Assembly: GCA_017433415.1 (NCBI GenBank)
Contig: JAFRHI010000009.1
Span: forward strand, 1,723-65,722
Source: Bacilli bacterium
GTDB lineage: Bacteria > Bacillota_I > Bacilli_A > RF39 > UBA660
Length of the DNA stretch: 64,000 bases
Direction of reading: 5' to 3'
Shown here: in pieces, positions 17,646 to 27,619 of the stretch
Numbering within the stretch: the stretch's first letter is position 1
Layout of the letters: the number at the start of each line of letters is the position of its first letter
Notes under the pieces: generated by a model
Database searches by the model: none
Seen by the model: the letters and a program-made list of their open reading frames with translations, nothing else
Told to the model about the DNA's origin: nothing
Position numbers and translations under genes: made by a program

Positions 17646-19418
17646 ATGGATATAAAAAAAGCAAGAGAAGATTTAAGAAAAGGAAAAACAATTTATGATA
17701 TGCAATTAAAAGTTGCTTATTATGGTCGTGTTTCTACTGATAAAGACGATCAGTTAAATTCTTTGGAAAATCAACAAAATTATTTTGAAGATATGATTAG
17801 AGAAAATAAAAATTGGATTTTTACTCGTGGCTATATTGATGAAGGTATTAGTGGTACTGCAGTTAAAAATCGTGATTCTTTCTTAAAAATGATAGAAGAT
17901 GCTACTTTAGGAAAAATAGATTTAATATTAACTAAAGAAATTTCAAGATTTTCTAGAAACACAGTTGATAGTATAAAATATACTGAATATCTATTAAAAC
18001 AAGGTGTAATTGTTTACTTCCTTTCTGATAATTTAAATACTATTCAAGAAGATGCAGAATTTAGACTTACTATTATGTCTAGTATGGCACAAGATGAAGT
18101 TCGTAAATTATCTGAAAGAGTTAAATTTGGTATTAATAGAATGATTAAAGATAGAAAATTAATAGGTGGTAATTTAACTGGTTACTATAAAAAAGATGGA
18201 AGATATGAAATAAACCCAAATGAAGCACCAATGATTAAATACTTATTTACTACTTATGCTAGTGGTAGTATAGGATTAAAAAAGATTGGTGAAGAACTAG
18301 CAGAAATGGGATATGTTAATTCTAAGGGAAAACCTTATTGTCAAACTACTTTAGCAAAGATGTTATCTAACCCTAGATATAAAGGTTATTATACTGCTAA
18401 ACTTAGTGAAGTTGAGGATTATAAAACTCATAAGAAAAAGAAATTACCTAAGGAAGATAATATTATAGAAAAAGATGATAGAATTCCACCAATAGTATCA
18501 GAAGAATTATGGGATAAGGCTAATTTATTACATGAAAAAAGAAAAAAATTACCATCAAGGCATGTTCTTAATTCTGAAGAACATATTAAAAAATATAAAT
18601 ATTCTGCAAAACTTTTTTGTAAAGATTGTAATAGTATCTTTATTCGTAGTGGTGGATCAAATCGTGCATTAAATCCAACATGGGCTTGTAGAACTTATAA
18701 AGTTGATGGTGTATCTAAATGTGAATCCCCAATAATTAAAGAAAGTTACTTAGATAAAATTTTTGTAGATGTCTTTACTGATTTTATTAAACATAAAAAA
18801 GATTATTTAGGACAAGTCTTATCAGAATATAAAAACATAGTAAAAAACTTTACTACTGATATTGATACAGAAGATATTAATAGAAAAATAGATCAAATTG
18901 AAAAACAAAAAGATAAATTATTAGATTTAAGTTTAAAAGGAATAATTGATGATTTTGAATTTAAGAAAAGAAATGATAAATTTAATCAAGAACTTTTTGC
19001 TTTACAAAAACAAATTGATAATTCACAAAACCAAAATTTAGAGGAAGATAGATTAAGAACTAAATTAAAAGAAATAGAAAACTGCTTAACTACTAAATTA
19101 GACATAAAAGAAAACTTACCATTTTTAGTAAATCTATTAGTAGATAAAGTTATTGTAGAAAAAGTAAATAATGATAGAAAACATGTTAGATTATATATTT
19201 ATTTTGATTTTAATGCACCAGACATTGATATAGATTTAGACATGAACGACAAAATCGAACTTAAAGATAGGACTTTAAAAACTATGGCTTGTCGTAGAGA
19301 TTCTTCTGTCCTAAAGTGTTCGTGTATTGATACAAAGCAATCCAGGGTTTGTAAGACTGGGTCAATTATTGGGGAAAGAGAGGCTTTTTTCTTATATTGG
19401 GAGATTCGGTTTTGGTGA
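17646..19418 (+). CDS. Large serine recombinase (integrase)
   Basis: YGRVST, DEGISG and KEISRFSRN catalytic motifs, recombinase domain, CKDC...C...C zinc ribbon, coiled coil. Confidence 0.95.
   Translation: MDIKKAREDLRKGKTIYDMQLKVAYYGRVSTDKDDQLNSLENQQNYFEDMIRENKNWIFTRGYIDEGISGTAVKNRDSFLKMIEDATLGKIDLILTKEISRFSRNTVDSIKYTEYLLKQGVIVYFLSDNLNTIQEDAEFRLTIMSSMAQDEVRKLSERVKFGINRMIKDRKLIGGNLTGYYKKDGRYEINPNEAPMIKYLFTTYASGSIGLKKIGEELAEMGYVNSKGKPYCQTTLAKMLSNPRYKGYYTAKLSEVEDYKTHKKKKLPKEDNIIEKDDRIPPIVSEELWDKANLLHEKRKKLPSRHVLNSEEHIKKYKYSAKLFCKDCNSIFIRSGGSNRALNPTWACRTYKVDGVSKCESPIIKESYLDKIFVDVFTDFIKHKKDYLGQVLSEYKNIVKNFTTDIDTEDINRKIDQIEKQKDKLLDLSLKGIIDDFEFKKRNDKFNQELFALQKQIDNSQNQNLEEDRLRTKLKEIENCLTTKLDIKENLPFLVNLLVDKVIVEKVNNDRKHVRLYIYFDFNAPDIDIDLDMNDKIELKDRTLKTMACRRDSSVLKCSCIDTKQSRVCKTGSIIGEREAFFLYWEIRFW
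19331..19353. other. Candidate att junction of the ICE
   Basis: PBP similarity starts at (x)GC AAT CCA GGG TTT; short IR TACAAA (19331-36) / TTTGTA (19348-53). Confidence 0.65.
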
Positions 19419-20196
19419 AAAGAGTGGTGTTGATTTAAATGGTGAAGGTAAGGGTATTTTGTTTCCCTTGGATAGGGTTGGTAATGTAGAACTTGCAACT
19501 AGTGCATTTGGTCAAGGTATAAGTGTGACTCCTATACAGCAAGTAATGGCAGTATCAGCTGCTGTGAATGGTGGTTATTTGTATAAACCCTATATTGTTA
19601 AAAATATTAGCGATAATACAAATACGGTTGTTAAGGAATATAATAAAGTTTTAAGAAGGAAGGTAATTAGTTCTAAAACATCTGCTATTATGCGCTATGC
19701 ATTAGAGAGTGTAGTTGCTAAAGGAGGAGGAAAAAGTGCATATATTGATGGCTATAGAATAGGGGGAAAAACAGGAACAGCTCAAAAACAAGAAAATGGC
19801 CATTATTTAGTTAATAATTATATAATGTCTTTTATGGCAGTAGTTCCTGCCAATGACCCGGAAGCAGTTTTATATTTGGCCATAGATAATCCTAAGCATA
19901 CGGCAATGCTTTCTAGTTATACGACTACGCCTATCGCAAGAAGAATTCTTTTAGATATTATTAATGCTTTGAAAATAGAAAAGCAAGATAATGCTTTAGA
20001 AAAAGATTTGGAATGGAATGATAAAGTTACGTACACAGTTCCTAATGTAATTGGGAAAAATATTAATGATGCCAAAAAAGAGCTATGTAATTTTGAAATC
20101 GTAATAGAAGGTACTGGTGATATTGTTTTTGAACAATCCCCTAGAGCTTTACAAAGAATTGAGGATGGTAGTAAAGTGCGTATTTTCGTTAAATAG
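19339..20196 (+). pseudogene. spoVD: 3' part of an interrupted SpoVD-like class B PBP (transpeptidase C-half plus one PASTA domain)
   Basis: NPGFV.LG..LG, AFGQG and KTGTAQK motifs, single PASTA (VPNVIG...QSP); SxxK motif and N-terminus missing; upstream of mraY and ftsW/spoVE. Confidence 0.85.
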
Positions 20197-20244
20197 AGTG
20201 TAATTTATATGAAAAGTGTGGTAGAATTGTTTTGGTGATACTGT

Positions 20245-21780
20245 ATGAATGAAACAATAGGAGCTAGGGGTGGCAAAAACGATCGCCGAAGAGTGCTTAG
20301 AATTAAGAAAAAACAACAAAAGAAACTGCAGGAAATAGCTCATGAAGAAGAAATAAAGCAATTAGAAAAAGAAGTTAAAAAAAAGCAGGTATATACTTTA
20401 ATTAAGACTTTACCTATTGTAATTTTAGGTGGTACAATTAAATCTTTTTTAGACGCTGGAGAGCAAAAAAAAGAAGTCAATCATGATTTAGAAGTAAGTG
20501 AATATGAAGAAGGTGTTACACCGAAGAAAGATACTTCCACAAGAGTTATTACTACACCAGAGGGTAATAAAGTTAGAGTAAAGATTTCTACTGCAAAGAA
20601 GAGTATTTTTGATGTTGTTCCTGATATAGGTAGGCAAGAAGAGTCTAGTGTTAGGGAACAGTTAGAAGATAAGCAAATTGATATGTTTGATACTATTCCT
20701 ATTGATTATACTTTTCCTGTTGATATTAACACCCAAAAAAAAATACATAATTTGAAATCACGTAAATTAGTTGAAGAATATGAAAAAGAACTTAAAAACA
20801 TTAGATATGACTTGAGGCAACTAGTGTTTAAATATAACGTAATAGTTAAACAAGAAGAGAATGTAGTGTTAAGTGAAGATGTTGAAGTCCTTATTGATAA
20901 ACTTAGTGATGTAATAAAAAAAATAGAATCTTTGAAGGATAAGATTAAAATAAAAGATTTGGATAAATATGATGCTAGTTATATTTATATTTTAATTGAA
21001 GATTATTTGCAGGAGTTTAAATATGGAAAAACAGTTAGTGAATTAAAAGATTCACCTCTTTATATTTTGATTGCGGAAAAATTAAATGAATTAGATAAAG
21101 CCAAAGAAAAATTAAATAAAAAATTACAGGAAGATAAAGAAAAATATGAAGAGCGAGAAGAAAATTTTGATGAGTTAAAAGAAAAATATTATGATGTTGA
21201 TAAAATTAATAAAGAACTTATAGATTTTCAAATAGAACAGGAAAAACTACTTGCAGAAATTAGAGAAAAAATTTCAAATAGTATAGATATTAAAGAAAAA
21301 GTAGAAGTACAATTTAAGTCTATGAATAGGCAGAGTAAACGATTACTAGGGATAATGGCTTTACAGATGTTTATTCCTGGAGCTAGAACCGTTAAAGCGT
21401 TAACAACAGCTACAGCTTCATATTTATATTTTATGAGGAATGTTTTAAAACCGGAAACAACAACTAGGAAAATTAAAGTTATTACAGTTAAGGACTATAG
21501 TAAACAAATTGAGAGAAGTATTGAAGCAATAGATGATGCTACTAAATTGCTTGGTAAAACTAGCAAACAAGTTGATAAAATGATAGATGAGATAAAAGAT
21601 AAATTTAAAGATTATATTGGTGTTATAAAAGAATGTGATGAGTTACTAGCTAATCTTTATAAGATTAAAGTAAATCTTAAAGAAAAAGAATATGAAATGG
21701 AATTAATAAAAGAAGAACAAAAGAAGGAATTAGAACGAAATGAAGCTAAAGTTCTACAAAGAGGAGAATATCCAATGTAA
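20245..21780 (+). CDS. Coiled-coil hypothetical protein
   Basis: 511-aa Lys/Glu-rich ORF with GGTGAT RBS and upstream TGGTAGAAT. Confidence 0.7.
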   Translation: MNETIGARGGKNDRRRVLRIKKKQQKKLQEIAHEEEIKQLEKEVKKKQVYTLIKTLPIVILGGTIKSFLDAGEQKKEVNHDLEVSEYEEGVTPKKDTSTRVITTPEGNKVRVKISTAKKSIFDVVPDIGRQEESSVREQLEDKQIDMFDTIPIDYTFPVDINTQKKIHNLKSRKLVEEYEKELKNIRYDLRQLVFKYNVIVKQEENVVLSEDVEVLIDKLSDVIKKIESLKDKIKIKDLDKYDASYIYILIEDYLQEFKYGKTVSELKDSPLYILIAEKLNELDKAKEKLNKKLQEDKEKYEEREENFDELKEKYYDVDKINKELIDFQIEQEKLLAEIREKISNSIDIKEKVEVQFKSMNRQSKRLLGIMALQMFIPGARTVKALTTATASYLYFMRNVLKPETTTRKIKVITVKDYSKQIERSIEAIDDATKLLGKTSKQVDKMIDEIKDKFKDYIGVIKECDELLANLYKIKVNLKEKEYEMELIKEEQKKELERNEAKVLQRGEYPM

Positions 21781-21859
21781 AGTTAGTGCTAATTTTTTAT
21801 TATTTGGAATATTAGTTAAATTATTATGATATAATGAATCAGAGGAATGGAGTGATAAA

Positions 21860-22840
21860 ATGCTACTTTTGACAAAGGCAATTTTCGCTATTATGATTGG
21901 TTTTTTAACTTCAACTGCTTTAGGGCTGGTTATGTTACCAATACTAAAGAAATTTCGAGTTGGCCAAAAAATATCAATCTTTGTTGGTGAAGCACATCGA
22001 AAAAAAGAAGGCACACCAACGATGGGTGGTTTGATTTTTATTATTCCAACAATGCTAGCAACATTGGCTCTTATTTTTATGAAAAAGATAGCTTATACAT
22101 CTAATTTAGGAATAGTTTTACTAGTCTTTTTAGGGTATTCTGCAATTGGATTTTTAGATGATTTTTTATCAATTAGAAAAGGTAATAATGAAGGATTAAC
22201 AACTTATCAAAAACTATTTATGCAAGTTTTAATTGCAATTGGCTTTTTCTATATTTATATGCGTAGTGGAGGGCAAACTGCATGGGTTGTTGGGACACTG
22301 CATATTGATTTGGAATTTGGTTGGTTGTATGGTTTAGCTATATTATTTATTTTAGTTGGTGCTAGTAATGCTGTTAATTTAACTGATGGTTTAGATGGTT
22401 TGGCTGGTGGTTTGTCGGCAATTGCTTTTATTGCTTTTTCACTTATTTCATTATCAGTTGGTTTTGAAGATATTGGAATATTTAGTTTAATTTTAGTTGG
22501 TTCATTAATGGGATTTTTGATATATAATACGCATCCAGCAAAAGTTTTTATGGGTGATACTGGGTCATTAGCCCTTGGAGCTGTTATGGGAGCGATAGCA
22601 ATACTTACGCATAGAGAGTTAACGCTACTTGTAGTTGCTTCAGTATTTGTAATAGAAACGCTTAGTGTTATTATTCAAACATTCTGGGTACAAGTATTTC
22701 ATAGAAAGTTATTTTTAATGACGCCACTTCATCATCATTTTGAAAAACTTGGCTGGGCAGAGACAGATATTGTTAAATTATTTTGGGTAGCTGGTTTAAT
22801 TCTTGCCATGGCTGGTATTATCTTTGGAGTTTGGGTATAA
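21860..22840 (+). CDS. mraY: Phospho-N-acetylmuramoyl-pentapeptide transferase
   Basis: GTPTMGG, GFLDD, NLTDGLDGL, FMGDTGS and PLHHHFE motifs. Confidence 0.97.
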   Translation: MLLLTKAIFAIMIGFLTSTALGLVMLPILKKFRVGQKISIFVGEAHRKKEGTPTMGGLIFIIPTMLATLALIFMKKIAYTSNLGIVLLVFLGYSAIGFLDDFLSIRKGNNEGLTTYQKLFMQVLIAIGFFYIYMRSGGQTAWVVGTLHIDLEFGWLYGLAILFILVGASNAVNLTDGLDGLAGGLSAIAFIAFSLISLSVGFEDIGIFSLILVGSLMGFLIYNTHPAKVFMGDTGSLALGAVMGAIAILTHRELTLLVVASVFVIETLSVIIQTFWVQVFHRKLFLMTPLHHHFEKLGWAETDIVKLFWVAGLILAMAGIIFGVWV

Positions 22841-22894
22841 AAGAACTATTGTTCTTTTTTTTTTGCTCATAAATATAATTTATTAGGTGATACT

Positions 22895-23980
22895 ATGAAG
22901 ATAGATAAAAAATTAATTATAGCAGTAATCTTTTTAGCACTTTTTGGTTTGCTAATGATTTATTCTTCATCTAGTATCTGGTCTTTATATAAATATAATG
23001 ATTCTTTTCATTATTTAAAATATCAAGCTGTTTTTTTTATAATAGGAGTTATTTTAATGATTTATATTTCTAAAATTAATTATAATTTTTATTATAAATA
23101 TTCAAATATAATTATTTTAAGTAGTTTTATATTATTAATTCTTGTATTAATACCAGGTATAGGTAGTATTAGAAATGGTAGTAGGAGTTGGTTTGGAATA
23201 GGATCTTTAGGAATTCAACCTAGTGAAGCGGCTAAATTGGGACTTATAATTTTTACAAGTAAATATTTAGCTAATAATGAAAAGAATATTAATAATTATG
23301 TTAAAGGTGTTTTTCCAATATTATTTGTTTCTTTAATATTTTTTGGACTTATTATGTTACAGCCTGATTTAGGTACAGGAATGATTATTTTTATCTCTGT
23401 TATTGCTCTTTTTTTTGTGGCAGGTGTTCCTCTAAAATTTTTTGCTTTTGGTAGTATATTAGGAATAATAGGGATAATTATTTTAATAGTAATCGCTCCT
23501 TATAGGATGGATAGAATTACGTCTTTTATTAATCCTTGGAAAGACGAACTAGGAACAGGATTTCAAATAATTCAAAGTTTATATGCAATAGGACCAAGTG
23601 GATTATTAGGTACAGGATATTTGAATTCTGTACAAAAGCATTTTTATTTGCCAGAACCACAAACAGATTTTATTTTTTCAGTAATAGCTGAAGAGTTTGG
23701 CATTGTTGGAGCTATTATTGTTGTAGGACTATTTATTATAATATTTTATTTAGGTATTACAATTGCTTGTAAAAGCAATGATAAGTTTGCAAAATATCTT
23801 TCATTTGGTATTATATTTCAGATGATTTTTCAAGCTACTATGAATTTAATGGTAGTTGTTGGTTTGATTCCTGTTACGGGGGTAACACTCCCATTTCTTT
23901 CTTATGGTGGATCTTCTTTGTTAGTATCTATGGCATCTATTGGGATTGTTCTTAATATTTCAAGTAATACTATTAATTAA
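22895..23980 (+). CDS. ftsW: SEDS protein FtsW/SpoVE
   Basis: QPSE, QPDLGT, LPEPQTDFIF and PFLSYGGSS motifs. Confidence 0.93.
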   Translation: MKIDKKLIIAVIFLALFGLLMIYSSSSIWSLYKYNDSFHYLKYQAVFFIIGVILMIYISKINYNFYYKYSNIIILSSFILLILVLIPGIGSIRNGSRSWFGIGSLGIQPSEAAKLGLIIFTSKYLANNEKNINNYVKGVFPILFVSLIFFGLIMLQPDLGTGMIIFISVIALFFVAGVPLKFFAFGSILGIIGIIILIVIAPYRMDRITSFINPWKDELGTGFQIIQSLYAIGPSGLLGTGYLNSVQKHFYLPEPQTDFIFSVIAEEFGIVGAIIVVGLFIIIFYLGITIACKSNDKFAKYLSFGIIFQMIFQATMNLMVVVGLIPVTGVTLPFLSYGGSSLLVSMASIGIVLNISSNTIN

Positions 23981-24077
23981 AAGTATTATGTAAAAAAAGT
24001 GTCAAGTGAATACTACTAATAGATAATAAAATTGAATTAATGTTTTATATGTGATAGATTAAAGTTGGTGATTTGAG

Positions 24078-24629
24078 ATGGAAGGAAATAAAGAAAAAAA
24101 TAGTACATTTTTAGTAAAACTTTTAGTAGGTATTGTTATATTTTTGCTAGGTGTTTTATGTTGTTTTGCTTATTTTAAATTTACTGATACAAAAATAGAA
24201 AGAGAAGTTGATAGTAGTGAAGAGGTTAACGACTCTAACAAAGTTAGTAAGGATAAAGCTAGTGATAATTCCCAAGTAGATACTAATAAGGAAGTTAAGG
24301 ATGATGAAGAGACAACTAATGATACTTCAAGTAATGTTAATGAAACAACTAAACCACTACATACTGAAGAATTTATAAATCAAAATGGTGAAACAGTAAA
24401 AATAACTGCGGAGAAGATTGTTGGTGCTACTGGATATGCGGGATCTTCTAATGATAAATTTTTCTTAAAAGATGGTAATTTATATTATATGGAAATTACT
24501 TCAGCTAAAAAAGAAGTTTTACTAGCAACTTCAGTAAAGGATTTATATCTAGAACAAGATGAAATATGTGCAGAATTAAATAGTGATGGAAAGATAGTTA
24601 ATCAAGAAATACATGTAAAATATAAATAA
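24078..24629 (+). CDS. Membrane-anchored hypothetical protein
   Basis: N-terminal TM, low-complexity linker, small C-terminal domain. Confidence 0.7.
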   Translation: MEGNKEKNSTFLVKLLVGIVIFLLGVLCCFAYFKFTDTKIEREVDSSEEVNDSNKVSKDKASDNSQVDTNKEVKDDEETTNDTSSNVNETTKPLHTEEFINQNGETVKITAEKIVGATGYAGSSNDKFFLKDGNLYYMEITSAKKEVLLATSVKDLYLEQDEICAELNSDGKIVNQEIHVKYK

Positions 24630-24654
24630 TGCTACAAAGTAGCATTATTTTTTT
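24627..24654. terminator. Bidirectional intrinsic terminator
   Basis: TAATGCTA/TAGCATTA hairpin with T-run between convergent genes. Confidence 0.65.
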
Positions 24655-26285
24655 TAATTAACCATATTTATAAAATCTTGTTGTGTAATACTAGCATGAA
24701 TTGGATATCTTGGAATTAAATATTTATTACTAGTTCTAGTGGCTTTTCTGTTCCCACCAACAAAGGCAATTTTGAAACCAGTGTCTTTAATAGCTTTAAG
24801 TGATGTGTCACTGTACATATAGAAAGGAAAACAAAATGAATCACTATTACCAATAACATCAAGTGATTTTTGAAGATCTGCTTTTGCTTCTTCATATGTG
24901 GCACAGTTTAATTGCCCTCGTCCACAAGAACCATATTGGTGCATATCATAGGTATGAGATTGAATATCAAGATATGGTGATGTGTAGTTATTAATATCCC
25001 ACCAGCCGGCAATTAAGAATAGGGTAGCATGCATTTTATATTCTTCAAGAAGAGGGATTAATTTATTACCATTATGTTTACCAGTACCTAATGCTCCATC
25101 ATCTACAGTTATTAAAATAGATTTTTCTGGTAATTCAATTTCGCCATACATCCAACGCATAAATTCATTCATTGTTAAGGTTTTATAATTGTTATTTTTT
25201 AAATAGTCTAGGTGTTCTCTAAATTTTTGTGTATCTAGACAAATACTTTCTCCGCAAGATTCTCCTATACTAGAATCATAGAAAAAATGATAGTTTAAAA
25301 CAGCAATTTTTTGAGTTTTGTTATCTTCAGCAGTTGTTTCTTTTACTTCTTCACCGTTTGCCATTTTAAGGATATTTTCATCAGTAGTATAACTTTTTAT
25401 TTGGTAGCGATTACGGGTTTTAGAATCATCATTTTTAGTAGAGGCTTTATTAGTAGATAAATATAATACTTCTTCATTTGTCTTAGTGATATTTATATTT
25501 AATTCTTTAGAGATGTTTGTTAGATCATCATTTAAAATACTTGTTGTTATAAAAAGAGCTTTATCTTTTAAATTAATATAGTTTTTTAAGAAGTTATTAT
25601 AATCATCTTCAAAAATAGTATAATAACCATTAGTTTTTAATAATTCCATTTGTCTTTTAAAATTATCAATAGTAGTGCAGTTATAATTAGTGCATGTTGG
25701 TTCAATACTATCATAGAATAAGACACTTATTTTAGATGCAGTGTTTTTTTCTATGGTGGCTTTTTCTTCTGTAATGTTTTTATTTTTTTTAATACTTAGT
25801 AAATTATTTGAAAAATATAAATAATAATTATTTTCATCTTCATGATCAACTTTTAATTCAAGATTTTTATTAATAGTGATAACTTTTGTTTTATTATTAT
25901 AAAGAGTTACTTTCTTTTTGGATTTTATTAATTTATTTAGAGGCAAATAATAATTCTCATTTTTTACTTTTTCTTGTTTAGTAGTTTTTTTGACATCTTT
26001 ATAATATACATAGTAATTAGTATTTTTTATATTGAAATATTTAGAATTGTTTTTGTTTGATAGTTCGATTTGAGTATCTTTATTTATTGTTCCACAAGGA
26101 TTATTGTTTTTATCATAGAGATTTGTTTTTTTTGTTGTTACTACATGTTTATTGAAGTGTTTTAGACGATTATTTTCTAATAGTTTTTCAGTCGATATGG
26201 CACCAAAAATGACTATTATGAAAATAATTATAATAAAAATAATACCTTTCTTTTTAATTCTTAATTTTTTCTTACTCTTTTTCAT
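24654..26285 (-). CDS. Membrane-anchored polysaccharide deacetylase (CE4/NodB)
   Basis: VLNYH, ITVDDG, QSHTYDMH and FCFPF motifs; N-terminal TM. Confidence 0.88.
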   Translation of the reverse strand: MKKSKKKLRIKKKGIIFIIIIFIIVIFGAISTEKLLENNRLKHFNKHVVTTKKTNLYDKNNNPCGTINKDTQIELSNKNNSKYFNIKNTNYYVYYKDVKKTTKQEKVKNENYYLPLNKLIKSKKKVTLYNNKTKVITINKNLELKVDHEDENNYYLYFSNNLLSIKKNKNITEEKATIEKNTASKISVLFYDSIEPTCTNYNCTTIDNFKRQMELLKTNGYYTIFEDDYNNFLKNYINLKDKALFITTSILNDDLTNISKELNINITKTNEEVLYLSTNKASTKNDDSKTRNRYQIKSYTTDENILKMANGEEVKETTAEDNKTQKIAVLNYHFFYDSSIGESCGESICLDTQKFREHLDYLKNNNYKTLTMNEFMRWMYGEIELPEKSILITVDDGALGTGKHNGNKLIPLLEEYKMHATLFLIAGWWDINNYTSPYLDIQSHTYDMHQYGSCGRGQLNCATYEEAKADLQKSLDVIGNSDSFCFPFYMYSDTSLKAIKDTGFKIAFVGGNRKATRTSNKYLIPRYPIHASITQQDFINMVN

Positions 26286-26395
26286 ACTATCACCAGTTTA
26301 AGTATAGTATAAGTTTTCATTTTTCTCAATAATATTTTTATAAGTAGTAATATTTTTCTTTTTTTGTTATAATTTAGTTGCATTGGAGGGGTAAT

Positions 26396-27619
26396 ATGTA
26401 TGATGTTGTTGTGGTTGGTGGTGGAGCAAGTGGTGTTACATCTGCAATAAAATCTAAAAAAGGTGATAACAAAGTATTAATATTAGAAAGAAATAGTGAA
26501 TGTTTAAAGAAAATATTAATTACGGGTAATGGAAGATGTAATTATTTTAATGAGAACCAGAATATAGATAATTATTTTTCTAGTAATATTGATTTAATAA
26601 ATGAAATTGTTACTGATAATAATATAAAAATGGTAAAATCTTTTTTTGATAGTTTGGGTATTATTCCTAAAATAAGAGATGGTTATTATTATCCTTTTTC
26701 TAATCAGGCAATTACTATTAAAAATGTATTATTAAGAGAATTAGAAAGAAAAAATATTAAGGTTAAAAATAATTTTTTAGTAACAGAAATTATAAAAGAA
26801 GAAGATATTTTTATAATTAATCCTAATACCGATAATATTAGATGTAAAAAGTTGGTACTTGCTACTGGGTCGTATGCTTATCCTAAGACAGGATCTACTG
26901 GTATGGGGTATGAGTTTTTAAAGAAATTTAACCATAAAATTATTAAGCCTTTACCTGCTCTTGTACAAGTAGAAGCAAATTTTAAATATTTAAAAGAATG
27001 GTCTGGAGTTAGAAGTGAAGTTAAATTAGAATTATATGAAAATGATAAGTTTATTACTAGTGAACTGGGTGAAGCTCAGTTTACTGATTATGGTCTTAGT
27101 GGTATATGTACTTTTAATTTAAGTGTTTTAATTGCTAGGGGTTTAGATATTGGTAAAAGAGAAGTTATAAAGATTAATTTTTTACCTTTTGTTAAGGAAG
27201 ATAGACTTACTTGGCTTGAAGATTATAATAAAGGAGTTTATGGTAGATCTTTATTAGAATTACTGGAAGGATTATTGAATTATAAATTAGCTAAGATTAT
27301 TCTTAATATGGCGGGTATTAATTATAATGCTTTTTTCGATGATCTTACTTTAAATGAAAAGAATTTATTAATTAATAATTTATTTTCAATGGAATTAGAA
27401 ATTACTGGGACAAAGTCATTTGATAATTCACAAGTTTGTAGTGGAGGTGTTTCTCTTACTGATATAGATATTACGACTTGTGAATCTAAATTAGTTAAAA
27501 ATTTATATATAGCTGGAGAATTACTTGATCTTACTGGGAAGTGTGGAGGATATAATTTAACTATTGCTTGGCTTTCTGGGCTATTAATTGGTAAAAGTAT
27601 AGGTGATGATTGTGATTAG
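26396..27619 (+). CDS. HI0933/BaiN-family flavoprotein
   Basis: GGGASG, KILITGNGRCN, P.TGSTG and GGYN motifs. Confidence 0.92.
   Translation: MYDVVVVGGGASGVTSAIKSKKGDNKVLILERNSECLKKILITGNGRCNYFNENQNIDNYFSSNIDLINEIVTDNNIKMVKSFFDSLGIIPKIRDGYYYPFSNQAITIKNVLLRELERKNIKVKNNFLVTEIIKEEDIFIINPNTDNIRCKKLVLATGSYAYPKTGSTGMGYEFLKKFNHKIIKPLPALVQVEANFKYLKEWSGVRSEVKLELYENDKFITSELGEAQFTDYGLSGICTFNLSVLIARGLDIGKREVIKINFLPFVKEDRLTWLEDYNKGVYGRSLLELLEGLLNYKLAKIILNMAGINYNAFFDDLTLNEKNLLINNLFSMELEITGTKSFDNSQVCSGGVSLTDIDITTCESKLVKNLYIAGELLDLTGKCGGYNLTIAWLSGLLIGKSIGDDCD

Larger units (their letters stand above)
1..19338 (+). mobile_element. Integrative conjugative element (right part; left end outside the window) inserted in a spoVD-like gene
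   Basis: Co-oriented VirB4, VirD4, relaxase, M23 hydrolase and large serine recombinase genes. The element ends where a PBP transpeptidase fragment starts mid-domain. Confidence 0.93.

Noticed and set aside
19327-20196. Intact 289-aa PBP starting at TTG 19327
   Set aside because: No RBS, and no SxxK motif, TM anchor or dimerisation domain; better explained as the 3' half of an interrupted gene
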